Origin: an uncultured bacterium
GTDB taxonomy: Bacteria > Bacillota > Clostridia > Oscillospirales > Oscillospiraceae
Direction of reading: 5' to 3'
Assembly (NCBI GenBank): GCA_905215475.1
Contig: CAJMPW010000001.1
Span: 111,109 to 175,108 of the forward strand
DNA: 64,000 nucleotides
Within the stretch, counting starts at the first letter, position 1; each line of letters begins with the position of its first letter. A program made the translations under genes and the position numbers. Shown here one piece after another: positions 34,308-43,489 of the stretch. The notes below the pieces were generated by a model. That model saw nothing but the letters and a program-made list of their open reading frames with translations, had not been told where the DNA came from and did not search any database.

Positions 34308-35483
34308 ATGTACGATAACGATCACTTGGATGCGCAATGGCTGCGTCAAACGCCGCCGCCGCGCCGCCGCGGTGCGGGCTGCGGGCTGACGCTGCTGCTG
34401 GTGCTGCTGCTCGTGCTGGCGGGCGCGATGTTTTATCCGCGCATCCGCGCGCAGCTCACACCGGTGCAGCAGGTGCAGATCCAGCGGGAGTCGTCCGTCC
34501 TGCCGGACACTGCGCCGAACTGCGGCGCGAACCCACGCGCTGCCGCCGTGCTGCACAAGGCGATGCGCGAGCAGACGGACGCGGTCGTCTACGGCTGCGA
34601 TGCCGACACGCTCACCGCCTGCCTGCGCGAGCTGCTCGACGATCCGGAGCTCTGGGTGCGGTCCTACCGCTACACGGTGTACGGCGGGGCGAATGCGCAC
34701 ATCACCGTTGCGTTCGACTGGGTCTATCCCGATGACGGTCCGGCGCGCCGCGCGCAGCTTGCGCAGACGGCAGACGGTCTGCTTGCCGCCGCCCCGGCAG
34801 GGGACTACGAGCGCGCGCTGTATCTCTACGACTGGCTGCTCACGCACGTCGCCTACACCGAGCGCGAGACGTATGACCAGACGGCCTATGCCGCCCTCTG
34901 CGAGGGGCAGGCCGTCTGCGGCGGCATTGCCGATGCGTATGTCTATCTGCTCGAGCGCGGCGGCATCCCGGCGCGCACTGTCACGGGCACGTCCGTGTCC
35001 TCCGACGGCACGAGCGAGCGCCACGCATGGGTCGCAGCCGAGCTCGACGGCGCGGTCTACTACTTTGACCCCACGTGGGATCTGCAGGACGAAGGGAGCG
35101 CGGAGGCACTGCCGGACTATCTCAGCCACACGTGGTTCGCGCTCACGGCGGCGCGCATGGCCGTGCGCCACACGCCGGATGCGCCCGAACTCTGGCCGGA
35201 CAGCCGCGCAAATGCCGATAATTACTACGTCCGCAGCGGTTATACGGCGGCGGAGGCGACCGTCGCCGCGGCGGCTGCCGCCGTGCGCAGCCAATGGGAG
35301 GATGGGCGCGCCGTGCTGGAGTTTCGCTGCGAGTCGCCGGAGGTCTATGATGAGATGCGCGCGCTGCTCTTTGACCGCGAGCGCCTGTGGGATGTCTACC
35401 GCGCGCTCGGAAGCCGCGCCGCCTCATCGGGCTATCAGTGCGTGGACGACCAGCAGATCATCCGCCTCATACCCAGACGATAA
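34308..35483 (+). CDS. Transglutaminase-like (papain-fold Cys-protease-like) domain protein with an N-terminal TM anchor
   Basis: N-terminal TM LTLLLVLLLVLAGAMF. Core QAVCGGIADAYVYLLERGGIPARTVTG..HAWVAAEL..YYFDPTWD (Cys-His-Asp). GGAGG RBS. Confidence 0.75.
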   Translation: MYDNDHLDAQWLRQTPPPRRRGAGCGLTLLLVLLLVLAGAMFYPRIRAQLTPVQQVQIQRESSVLPDTAPNCGANPRAAAVLHKAMREQTDAVVYGCDADTLTACLRELLDDPELWVRSYRYTVYGGANAHITVAFDWVYPDDGPARRAQLAQTADGLLAAAPAGDYERALYLYDWLLTHVAYTERETYDQTAYAALCEGQAVCGGIADAYVYLLERGGIPARTVTGTSVSSDGTSERHAWVAAELDGAVYYFDPTWDLQDEGSAEALPDYLSHTWFALTAARMAVRHTPDAPELWPDSRANADNYYVRSGYTAAEATVAAAAAAVRSQWEDGRAVLEFRCESPEVYDEMRALLFDRERLWDVYRALGSRAASSGYQCVDDQQIIRLIPRR

Positions 35484-35517
35484 GAAAACTGCACGTCCGA
35501 GCGGGCGTGCAGTTTTT
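35484..35517. terminator. Bidirectional terminator between the transglutaminase-like gene (+) and prfB (-)
   Basis: agaaaa-ctgcacg-tccgagcggg-cgtgcag-tttttc. Confidence 0.7.
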
Positions 35518-35522
35518 CACGT

Positions 35523-36644
35523 TTATTTCGCTTCCTGGTCGGCGTTCATGCTCAGGTAGGCGTTGATGAAGCCGTCGATGTCGCCGTCCATGACGGCCTG
35601 AATGTTTCCGTTTTCAAAGCCGGTGCGGTGGTCCTTGGCCAGCGTGTACGGCATGAACACGTACGAGCGGATCTGGCTGCCCCATTCGATCTTGAGCTGG
35701 ACGCCCTTGATATCGGAGATCTTCTCCAGATGCTCGCGCTCCTTGATCTCGGCCAGACGCGCACGGAGCATATTCTTGCAGTTTTCGAGGTTCTGGAAGT
35801 GGCTGCGCTCGACCTGACTGGACACGACGATGCCGGTCGGGATGTGCGTCAGACGCACGGCGGACGAGGTCTTGTTGACCTTCTGACCGCCCGCACCGGA
35901 CGAGCGGTACACGTCCATCTTGATGTCCTCGTCGCGCAGCTCGATCTCACTGTCCTCGGTGATCTCGGGCATGACCTCCACGGCGGCGAACGACGTGTGG
36001 CGGCGGCCGGAGGCGTCGAACGGGCTGATGCGCACGAGACGGTGGATGCCGTTTTCGCTCTTGAGGAAGCCGTAGGCGTTCTCGCCCTCGATCATGATGG
36101 TCGCGCTCTTGATGCCGGCCTCATCGCCGTCGAGATAGTCCATGAGCTTGACGGTGTAGCCGTGGCGCTCGGCCCACATGTTGTACATACGGTAGAGCAT
36201 ACTCGTCCAGTCCTGCGCCTCGGTGCCGCCGGCGCCGGCGTGGAAGGTGAGGATGGCGTTGTTCGTGTCATACTCGCCGGTCAGCAGCGTCTCGAGCCGC
36301 ATGGATTCGAGCGTCTTCTCAAAGGACTGAAACTCGCTCTCAAGGTCGGGCAGCATCGAGTCGTCGTCCTCCTCGACGGCCATCTCGCACATGGTCAGCA
36401 TATCCTCCCATGCGCCGGTGAGCTTGGCGTAGCGCTCGAGCTTGTGCTTGAGCGTCTTGATGCGCTTTTGCACGCGCTGGCTGTTTTCGGTGTCGTTCCA
36501 GAAACCGTCCTGCGCGCTCTCCTCCTCGAGCTTTTCGACCTCGTTGCGCGCTTCGTCGAGATGCAGCGCGCCGCCCAGATCGTCCAGCGCCGGACGGAGG
36601 TTGTTGAGTTTGTTCTTGTATTCCTCAAATGCAATGGATGCCAT
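35523..36644 (-). CDS. prfB: Peptide chain release factor 2, encoded in a single continuous frame (no programmed +1 frameshift)
   Basis: SPF motif RISPFD, GGQ motif SGAGGQKVNKT; MASIAFEEYKNKLNNLRPALDDLGGALHLDEARNEVEKLEE... uninterrupted. Confidence 0.9.
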   Translation of the reverse strand: MASIAFEEYKNKLNNLRPALDDLGGALHLDEARNEVEKLEEESAQDGFWNDTENSQRVQKRIKTLKHKLERYAKLTGAWEDMLTMCEMAVEEDDDSMLPDLESEFQSFEKTLESMRLETLLTGEYDTNNAILTFHAGAGGTEAQDWTSMLYRMYNMWAERHGYTVKLMDYLDGDEAGIKSATIMIEGENAYGFLKSENGIHRLVRISPFDASGRRHTSFAAVEVMPEITEDSEIELRDEDIKMDVYRSSGAGGQKVNKTSSAVRLTHIPTGIVVSSQVERSHFQNLENCKNMLRARLAEIKEREHLEKISDIKGVQLKIEWGSQIRSYVFMPYTLAKDHRTGFENGNIQAVMDGDIDGFINAYLSMNADQEAK

Positions 36645-36721
36645 AGGTTGAATCCTGCCTTTTTTCAGTCTAACTTGCTTATTATAATCAAAAAACACGC
36701 GCTTGTAAAGAAAAACCGCGC

Positions 36722-37216
36722 TTATTCCGCCTCGGCCTTCGGCTGGATGGACTCGTCGTTGACGATCCAGTTTTGCACGTCGATGATCTCGATGCCGTCG
36801 TCGCCGATGCGGTTGACGACGCGCGTGATGCCGGAGTTGATGATCATGCGCCGGCACATGGCGCACGAGGTCGTGTCGTGCAGCAGCTCGCCGTCGGCGG
36901 CGCTGCGCCCGACGAGGTAGAGCGTGCCGCCGATCATGTCGCGCCGCGCGGCGGAGATGATGGCGTTGGCCTCGGCGTGGACGCTGCGGCAGAGCTCGTA
37001 GCGCTGACCGCTCGGAATGTTGAGCTGCTCACGGTTGCAGTAGCCGAGCTGCGAGCAGTTGACGCGGCCGCGCGGCGCGCCGTTGTAGCCGGTGGAGAGG
37101 ATCTCGTCGTTCTTGACGATGATCGCGCCGTATTTGCGCCGCAGGCAGGTCGAGCGGTCGAGCACCGCGTCGGCAATGTTGAGATAGTATTTGTCCTTGC
37201 TCATGCGCTGATCCAT
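36722..37216 (-). CDS. dCMP/cytidine deaminase family protein (ComEB-like)
   Basis: Zinc ligands HAEANAI and CAMCRRMI. Start at the internal ATG (MDQRMSKDKYYLNIA...) with AAGGAGG RBS. Confidence 0.8.
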   Translation of the reverse strand: MDQRMSKDKYYLNIADAVLDRSTCLRRKYGAIIVKNDEILSTGYNGAPRGRVNCSQLGYCNREQLNIPSGQRYELCRSVHAEANAIISAARRDMIGGTLYLVGRSAADGELLHDTTSCAMCRRMIINSGITRVVNRIGDDGIEIIDVQNWIVNDESIQPKAEAE

Positions 37217-37338
37217 GTTGGACGCGCCTCCTTCGTATAATTTCCTATGATATATCATATCGGAAATGCTTCGCCGCGTCAAGAGCTGCGCTGGTATTCT
37301 GTGCGCGTGTGTGCTATACTGACCGGCGGGTGACGCTT

Positions 37339-37965
37339 ATGAAAGAAAACTATCAAAAACAGCTCGATGCGCTCCTTTCTGCCCTTCCGGCGGAGGAAAA
37401 GCCGCGCCTGCTGCTGCACAGCTGCTGCGGTCCGTGCAGCAGCTACGTGCTGGAGTACCTCACGCAGTATTTTCGCGTGACCGTGCTGTACTACAATCCG
37501 AACATCCAGCCGCGCGCGGAATACGACCGCCGTCTCTACTGGCAGCAGGAGCTCATCCGCCGCCTCCCGACGCCGGAGGCGGTGCAGCTGCTCGACTGCG
37601 GCTATGACGGGCAGCGCTACATCGACGCCGTCCGCGGTCTCGAGCGTGAGCCGGAGGGCGGCGCGCGCTGCACGGTGTGCTTCCGTCTGCGTCTCGAGGA
37701 GACGGCGCGGCAGGCACAGGCGCACGGGTTCGACTATTTCGGCACGACGCTCACCGTCTCGCCGCACAAGGACGCGCAGCGTCTCAACGCCATCGGCGCC
37801 GAGCTTGCGCAGCAATACGGCGTGCGCTGGCTGCCGTCGGATTTTAAAAAGCGCGAGGGCTACAAGCGCAGCATCGAGCTGTCCCGCCAATATGGCCTCT
37901 ACCGGCAGGAATACTGCGGCTGCCTGTACAGCAAACCGGTTGACAACAGCCGGACGGAGGAGTAG
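37339..37965 (+). CDS. queH: Epoxyqueuosine reductase QueH (DUF208)
   Basis: MKENYQKQLDALL...LLLHSCCGPCSSYVLEYL...CTVCFRLRLEE...YCGCLYS. Confidence 0.8.
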   Translation: MKENYQKQLDALLSALPAEEKPRLLLHSCCGPCSSYVLEYLTQYFRVTVLYYNPNIQPRAEYDRRLYWQQELIRRLPTPEAVQLLDCGYDGQRYIDAVRGLEREPEGGARCTVCFRLRLEETARQAQAHGFDYFGTTLTVSPHKDAQRLNAIGAELAQQYGVRWLPSDFKKREGYKRSIELSRQYGLYRQEYCGCLYSKPVDNSRTEE

Positions 37966-38054
37966 AATAACCGCTGTCACAATTTCAACAGGCGCAGGTG
38001 CCATACCCCTGCGCGCACAATGTGTGCAACGAAAAAAATGGGAGGAATTGAATC
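37966..38054 (+). promoter_or_regulatory. Structured 5' leader of queT (possible preQ1-responsive element)
   Basis: Two hairpins (cgcagg-tgccatacc-cctgcg; gcaca-atg-tgtgc), then an A7 run and UGGGAGG (RBS) before the ATG. QueT genes are the classic context for preQ1 riboswitches. Confidence 0.3.
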
Positions 38055-38594
38055 ATGCACATCACCACGAGAAAATTGACCGCCGCGGCGGTCACGGGAG
38101 CGGCCTATGCAGCCCTGACGATGCTTTTGGCGCCGATCAGCTACGGAGCGATCCAGTGCCGGGTCTCGGAGGTGCTGTGCATTTTGCCGTTTTTCATCCC
38201 CTGCACGGCATGGGGGCTGTTCGTCGGCTGCGCGATCGCAAATCTGCTGAGCGCGGCGGGTATTTTTGACGTCGTCTTCGGCTCGCTGGCGACGCTGCTG
38301 GCGGCGCTGTGCACGGCGTGGCTCGGCCGCGGGCGCGGCGCGCAGTCATGGCTGCGGTGCGTCCTTGCGGCGCTCATGCCGGTCGTGTTCAATTTTGTGT
38401 TTGTCGGCGCGGTGCTCACGTGGTCGCTCACGGACGCCGCATTCCCGCACCTGAATGCATCGTTCTGGCTCTTCGGCGGTCAGGTCGCGCTCGGCGAGCT
38501 CGCCGTGCTCGGCATTCTGGGCCTGCCGCTCATGCGCCTGCTGCCGCGCAACCCGAAGTTCCGGGAGATCATTCGCAGCTATCAAAAGGAGTGA
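38055..38594 (+). CDS. queT: Queuosine precursor transporter QueT (ECF-type S component, COG4708)
   Basis: Five or six TM helices; MHITTRKLTAAAVTGAAYAALTMLLAPISYGAIQCRVSEVLCILP... Confidence 0.75.
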   Translation: MHITTRKLTAAAVTGAAYAALTMLLAPISYGAIQCRVSEVLCILPFFIPCTAWGLFVGCAIANLLSAAGIFDVVFGSLATLLAALCTAWLGRGRGAQSWLRCVLAALMPVVFNFVFVGAVLTWSLTDAAFPHLNASFWLFGGQVALGELAVLGILGLPLMRLLPRNPKFREIIRSYQKE

Positions 38595-38600
38595 CGGAGC

Positions 38601-40073
38601 ATGACCCGCTCAAGCGGTATCCTGCTGCCGGTGTCGGCTCTGCCGTCGCCGTGCGGCATCGGCGATCTGGGCACAGCCGCCCGGGAGTTTATCGATTTTC
38701 TTGCTGCCGCCGGGCAGCGCCATTGGCAGATCCTGCCGCTCAATCCGCCGGACAGCGCGCACTCGCCGTATCTGTCGGCGTCGACCTTTGCCGGCAGCAC
38801 CGATCTGCTGTCGCCGGAGCCGTTCATGGCGCGCGGCGCGCTCACGGCGGCCGAGGTGTGCGCCGTCAACTGGGGCAGCGATCCCATGCGTGTCGATTAT
38901 GAGCGTGTCCGTGCGGGCAAGACCGCGCTCTGGGCCGCGGCATTTGCGCGCGAACAGGCAGCGGTCACGCCCGCGCTGCGCGCCGCGCTTGAGACCCAGC
39001 CGTGGCTCAAGGATTACTGCCTGTACATGGCCATCAAGGAGGCGCAGGGCGGCGCACCGTGGTATGCCTGGCCGTCCGCGCTGCGTGACCGGGATGCGGA
39101 CGCGCTTACAGAGGCGGCCGCGCAGCTCGACGCGCGCGTGCTGCTGCACGCGTATCTGCAGACGGAGTTTACCCGCCAGTGGGACGCGGTGCGCGCCTAT
39201 GCGCACGCGCACGGTGTGCGCATCATCGGCGACCTGCCCATGTACGTTGCCGCCGACAGCGCGGACGTCTGGGCGCAGCCGGGGCAGTTCTGTCTTGACC
39301 CGGACGGACAGCCGAGCGCCGTCGCCGGTGTCCCGCCGGACTATTTCTGCGCCGACGGTCAGCTCTGGGGCAACCCGCTCTATGCGTGGGACGTCATGAA
39401 GGCGGACGGCTTCCGGTGGTGGAAGGATCGCGTTCGCGGCGCAGCAAAGCGGTATGATGTGGTGCGCATTGACCATTTTCGCGCCATTTCGAGCTATTGG
39501 GTGGTGCCGCGTGGCGAATTGACCGCACGCGGCGGCCATTGGGCGCCCGGTCCCGGACCTGCGCTGCTGCAGGCGCTGCACACGGCGGCGCCGGAGCTCG
39601 AGCTGATCGCGGAGGATCTCGGCACGATCGACGACGACGTGCGCCGGCTCGTTGCGCGCTCCGGCTGTCCGGGGATGCGCGTGCTGCTCTTCGGCTTTGA
39701 TCCCAGCGGCACGTCTGAGCACCGGCCGGATCGCGTGCGCGCACACAGCGTCTGCTATGTCGGCACGCACGACAACGAGCCCGCCGCTGCGTGGGCGGCG
39801 CTCGGCGGTGCGGACGCCGACTATGCCATGCGCTGTCTCGGCGTGTACGATGTGGCGCGTCTGCCCGAGGCGCTGCTGCGCGCCGGTATGGGCTCGCGCG
39901 CGGAGCTGTTCATCGCGCAGATGCAGGACGTGCTCGGTCTCGGCGCGGAGAGCCGCATGAACACCCCAGGCACGGCCACCGGCAACTGGGTCTGGCGGCT
40001 GCTGCCCGGTCAGGCGGATGCACAGACGGCAGCGCGTCTGCGCGCACGCACACAAGCGGCCTGCCGCATCTGA
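38601..40073 (+). CDS. malQ: 4-alpha-glucanotransferase (amylomaltase, GH77)
   Basis: MTRSSGILLPVSALPSPCGIGDLG...WQILPLNPP...RIDHFRA... Confidence 0.9.
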   Translation: MTRSSGILLPVSALPSPCGIGDLGTAAREFIDFLAAAGQRHWQILPLNPPDSAHSPYLSASTFAGSTDLLSPEPFMARGALTAAEVCAVNWGSDPMRVDYERVRAGKTALWAAAFAREQAAVTPALRAALETQPWLKDYCLYMAIKEAQGGAPWYAWPSALRDRDADALTEAAAQLDARVLLHAYLQTEFTRQWDAVRAYAHAHGVRIIGDLPMYVAADSADVWAQPGQFCLDPDGQPSAVAGVPPDYFCADGQLWGNPLYAWDVMKADGFRWWKDRVRGAAKRYDVVRIDHFRAISSYWVVPRGELTARGGHWAPGPGPALLQALHTAAPELELIAEDLGTIDDDVRRLVARSGCPGMRVLLFGFDPSGTSEHRPDRVRAHSVCYVGTHDNEPAAAWAALGGADADYAMRCLGVYDVARLPEALLRAGMGSRAELFIAQMQDVLGLGAESRMNTPGTATGNWVWRLLPGQADAQTAARLRARTQAACRI

Positions 40074-40079
40074 CAGGAA

Positions 40080-40126
40080 AAAACAAACAGCGGACACCGA
40101 AATCGCTCGGTGTCCGCTGCTTTTTT
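40080..40126. terminator. Bidirectional terminator between malQ (+) and the SGNH hydrolase gene (-)
   Basis: aaaaaacaaa-cagcggacacc-gaaatcgctc-ggtgtccgctg-cttttttcc. Confidence 0.75.
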
Positions 40127-40133
40127 CCGGTCG

Positions 40134-40823
40134 TCAGACGATGACGGCGCGTACCTGCTCGATGAGCGTGGCGTAAAACATCTCATAGCCCGCCTCGGAC
40201 AGGTGGATGCCGTCGTCTGCGTTGCTCACGCGCGGATCGACCCCGTCGAGAAAACGCTCGCGCGGGTCGACGCACGGCACGTCCAGCTCGGCGGCGATGG
40301 TGCACACGAGACCGGAATAGCGCTCCTGCGTGCGGTAGATGCGCCGCACGTCGCCCAGCCACTGCATGACGCCGGCGGCGCTCGCGCCGTTGTGGTCGAT
40401 GCAGGCGAGGTACTTCACCTCGTCGATCGGCGGCAGGGTCGTGAAGATGGGGCGCACACCCGCCTCGCGCAGCATCTGCACGATGGACGTGAGATTTGCG
40501 CGGAATTCATCCGCCAGCACCACGGGGTCATGGTGCTGCTCGGGATGGGCAGCCACGTCTGCCCAGTCATAGTTGCAGTCGTTGCCGCCGTACTCGATGA
40601 GCGCCCAGTCATAGCGGTGACCGCGCGCGAGGTCGCGCTGCACGAGCGTAACGCCTTTGCGCGAGGTCGCGCCGAAGACGGACTTGTTCGTCACCTCGGC
40701 GGCTATGCCGGCAAGCGGAGCCTCAAACAGGTCGGTGTGAAAGTGATACCGGAGCTGCTCGTCCGGCAGTGTGCCCTTCATCAGAGAGTCGCCGTATACG
40801 GCGATGCGCAGCTTTTCATCCAT
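40134..40823 (-). CDS. SGNH/GDSL-family hydrolase
   Basis: Start at the internal ATG (MDEKLRIAVYGDSLMKG...) with AGGAGG RBS 9 nt upstream; GDS block, later DGIHLS (DxxH). Confidence 0.75.
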   Translation of the reverse strand: MDEKLRIAVYGDSLMKGTLPDEQLRYHFHTDLFEAPLAGIAAEVTNKSVFGATSRKGVTLVQRDLARGHRYDWALIEYGGNDCNYDWADVAAHPEQHHDPVVLADEFRANLTSIVQMLREAGVRPIFTTLPPIDEVKYLACIDHNGASAAGVMQWLGDVRRIYRTQERYSGLVCTIAAELDVPCVDPRERFLDGVDPRVSNADDGIHLSEAGYEMFYATLIEQVRAVIV

Positions 40824-40904
40824 TGTGAGGTCCTCCTGCAAGGTGGTATTTTCACCATGATACCGACAGACACTTAAAAAACCATTAGAAAAAATGTGAA
40901 GAAA

Positions 40905-40934
40905 GCGAAAACGCGGCATCCGCCGCGTTTTCGC
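40905..40934 (-). terminator. Rho-independent terminator of the nucleotidyltransferase gene
   Basis: gcgaaaacgcgg-catccg-ccgcgttttcgc; minus-strand U-rich tail. Confidence 0.65.
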
Positions 40935-40948
40935 TCTCATTCGATCGG

Positions 40949-41860
40949 TTATTTCCACAGTGCCGGGGGATATGTCCCGTCCGCGTGCAGCGCGCGCAGC
41001 GCCGCGATGACGCCGGGCTTATCCTCCTGATACGTCAGGCCGAACCAGTGCTCATCCGTCTGCAGCACGCACGTGCGCACACGGTTTTGCGCCGTGAGCG
41101 CGTCCATCATCACGGGCAGCAGGCATTCGCCCTTTTCATCGCCTGGGGCAAGGGCGCGCACAAAGTCGTCAAAATACTGCGCCATCACGTCCAGCATCGC
41201 CGGGTGATAGCCCCAGAGATTCATGCTCACGAGCGCCTCGGGGTCGAGCAGGATGCCCTCGCCCTCGCCGGACGTGTCGCGGATCAGACCGTCGGGGCAA
41301 AGGCGGATCTTGTACGTCTCCTGCACCTTGCGCAGCAGGCCGTCCTGCGTTGCGCACACGCCGCGCGTGACCGTGCCGAAGGGGCTGACGGTGTTTTTCA
41401 GCCGGTAGCCGACCATGGCGGCGTCCTGCGCGCCGCCAAGCTCCGGCAGCGCAGCGGCGACGGCGTCGAGCGCACCGCGGCCGTAAAAATCATCGGCGTT
41501 GATGACGGCAAAGGGCGTGCCGATCACATCGCGCGCACACAGCACGGCGTGCACCGTGCCGAGCGGCTTTTTGCGCTGCGACAGCTCCGGGCGCGCCGCG
41601 GTGAAGCGGTCTGGCGTCTGAAACGCGTAATCGATCCGGATGCCGGTGCGCTGCTCGATGCGGTCGCCGAAGAGGGCGCGCACGTCCTCGAGCATTGCCG
41701 GCTTGATGATGAGCACGATGCGGTCAAAGCCGGCGCGCAGCGCGTCATAGATCGCGTATTCCATAAGGATCTCGCCGTCAGGGCCGAGGCGCTCGATCTG
41801 CTTGACGCCGCCATAGCGCGAGCCGAGACCGGCCGCCATTACTACCAGAGTCATGTTCAT
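40949..41860 (-). CDS. Sugar-phosphate nucleotidyltransferase-family protein (NTP_transferase fold) with an uncharacterised C-terminal domain
   Basis: MNMTLVVMAAGLGSRYGGVKQIERLGPDGEILMEYAIYDA... (G-x-G-x-R signature). Start at the internal ATG with AGAGAGG RBS. Confidence 0.7.
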   Translation of the reverse strand: MNMTLVVMAAGLGSRYGGVKQIERLGPDGEILMEYAIYDALRAGFDRIVLIIKPAMLEDVRALFGDRIEQRTGIRIDYAFQTPDRFTAARPELSQRKKPLGTVHAVLCARDVIGTPFAVINADDFYGRGALDAVAAALPELGGAQDAAMVGYRLKNTVSPFGTVTRGVCATQDGLLRKVQETYKIRLCPDGLIRDTSGEGEGILLDPEALVSMNLWGYHPAMLDVMAQYFDDFVRALAPGDEKGECLLPVMMDALTAQNRVRTCVLQTDEHWFGLTYQEDKPGVIAALRALHADGTYPPALWK

Positions 41861-42089
41861 ATGTAGGATGCCTCTCTGTCTGTTACAAATGTCACAACTC
41901 ATAGCATACCACAGACCGACCGGAATTGTCAATCTTTGTGCGTTGCCGCATCCGCACACAGCTGGAAGAGCAAACCATTGCAAAAACAGGATAGGTGCGG
42001 TAAAATCACTGCGGGGTAAAGAACCCAAAAATTTTGATGTGGCATTTTCCGAAAAGGAGGGCGGGCGCACGGCGCGCCCGGAGGAACGG

Positions 42090-43427
42090 ATGAAACGAAT
42101 CTTGTCTTTCTTTCTGACTGTGGCCCTGTCGGCGGCGCTGCTGGCACCGGGGGCGGCTGCGGCAAATGAGGCTGCAGCCAAGGATACCGACTGGCTGTAT
42201 ATCACGATCGACCCCGGTCACGGCGGCGACGGCGCAGGCGGATATGACCCCGGCGCACTCAACAACACCTATGGGTATCAGGAGGCGGACTGCGTGCTCA
42301 GGATCGGGCTCTATCTCAAGCAGGAGCTTGAGACGTACCGCCATGTCCACGTGGACATGACGCGCTCCGATCGTGACGGCACGTATTATACGGCGCCCCT
42401 GAGCAAGGTGCAGAGACGTGTGGACTTTGCGCAGGAGAAGGGATCAGGCCTGCTCGTGAGCCTGCACCTGAACGGTGCCGCCACGCAGTCTGCGCACGGC
42501 GCGCTGATCCTTGCGAGCAATGGCAACTATGACGCCAAGTGCGCGGACATCGTCGACGGTGTCGGCACGAACATCCTCACGCAGCTCGGCAAGCTCGGCC
42601 GCGGCCTCGTCAAGGAGAGCTCTCATGACGGCACAAAGTACCCCAACGGCAAGCTCGCCGATTATTACGGCATCGTCCGCTACGGTCAGCTTGCGCACAT
42701 CCCGTCGCTGATCATCGAGCACTGCTTTATCAGCAGCAACAGCGACTGTGAGAAGTTCCTCTCGAGCGACGCAAAGCTGCAGGCCATCGCGCAGGCGGAT
42801 GCGCGCGGCATTGCGGCCTATTACGGCCTTGAGAAGAAAACGGAGGGCGAGGTCGACCCCGAGCCGACCTTCCGCGACTGCCGCAAGCACTGGGCGCGCA
42901 GCTATGTTGATACCGCTGCGGCCGCCGGCTGGGTGAGCGGCGTCGGCAACGGACTGTTTACCCCGGACGATACGCTCACGCGCGGCGCGTTCGTGACGAT
43001 GCTGGCGGCGCTTGCCGGCGTGAATAAGGCGGACTACCCCGGCAGCCGGTTTGAAGACGTCGCGGAGAGCGCGTGGTATGCGCCCGGCGTGTCCTGGGCG
43101 GCGTCGGAGGGGGTCGTCTCCGGCGTGGGTGAAGGGAAGTTTGCGCCGAACGACAACATCACCCGTCAGGAGATGGCGGTGATCATGACGGCCTACCTCA
43201 AATGGAAGGGCATCGACGCGGCACCGAGTGCTGAGCCTTCGGCCTATCACATTGCGGATCTTGACACCGTTGCCCCGTGGGCGGTCGACAGTGTCTGCTT
43301 CTGCTATGAGAAGGGGCTGCTGACCGGCCGCGGCGCGGGCTTTGCCCCGCTGGCCAACGCTACGCGCGCCGAGGCGTGCGTCGTGCTGTGCGGACTGCAT
43401 AACTTTCTCGCTGCGTCCGGCGGTTGA
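42090..43427 (+). CDS. N-acetylmuramoyl-L-alanine amidase (Amidase_3) with three C-terminal S-layer homology (SLH) domains
   Basis: Signal peptide MKRILSFFLTVALSAALLAPGAAAA. Catalytic IDPGHGGDG...LVSLHLNG...IIEHCFISS. Three SLH repeats (...WARSYVDTAAAAGWVSG..; ..AWYAPGVSWAASEGVVSG..; ..APWAVDSVCFCYEKGLLTG..). Confidence 0.85.
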   Translation: MKRILSFFLTVALSAALLAPGAAAANEAAAKDTDWLYITIDPGHGGDGAGGYDPGALNNTYGYQEADCVLRIGLYLKQELETYRHVHVDMTRSDRDGTYYTAPLSKVQRRVDFAQEKGSGLLVSLHLNGAATQSAHGALILASNGNYDAKCADIVDGVGTNILTQLGKLGRGLVKESSHDGTKYPNGKLADYYGIVRYGQLAHIPSLIIEHCFISSNSDCEKFLSSDAKLQAIAQADARGIAAYYGLEKKTEGEVDPEPTFRDCRKHWARSYVDTAAAAGWVSGVGNGLFTPDDTLTRGAFVTMLAALAGVNKADYPGSRFEDVAESAWYAPGVSWAASEGVVSGVGEGKFAPNDNITRQEMAVIMTAYLKWKGIDAAPSAEPSAYHIADLDTVAPWAVDSVCFCYEKGLLTGRGAGFAPLANATRAEACVVLCGLHNFLAASGG

Positions 43428-43453
43428 CTTCCTGCACCATTGGCGTATAATAA
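43426..43453 (+). promoter_or_regulatory. Sigma-A promoter (TTGACT-16-TATAAT) for mrp/apbC
   Basis: ttgact at 43426-43431, tataat at 43448-43453. Confidence 0.5.
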
Positions 43454-43489
43454 GACCAACACATCGTTGAAACGGAGGAATCCCCAACT

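Noticed and set aside
35523-36866. Extended 447-aa prfB ORF / possible programmed frameshift
   Set aside because: The N-terminal 74 aa of the track ORF are Arg/His-rich junk upstream of the real ATG, and the real gene is a single frame.
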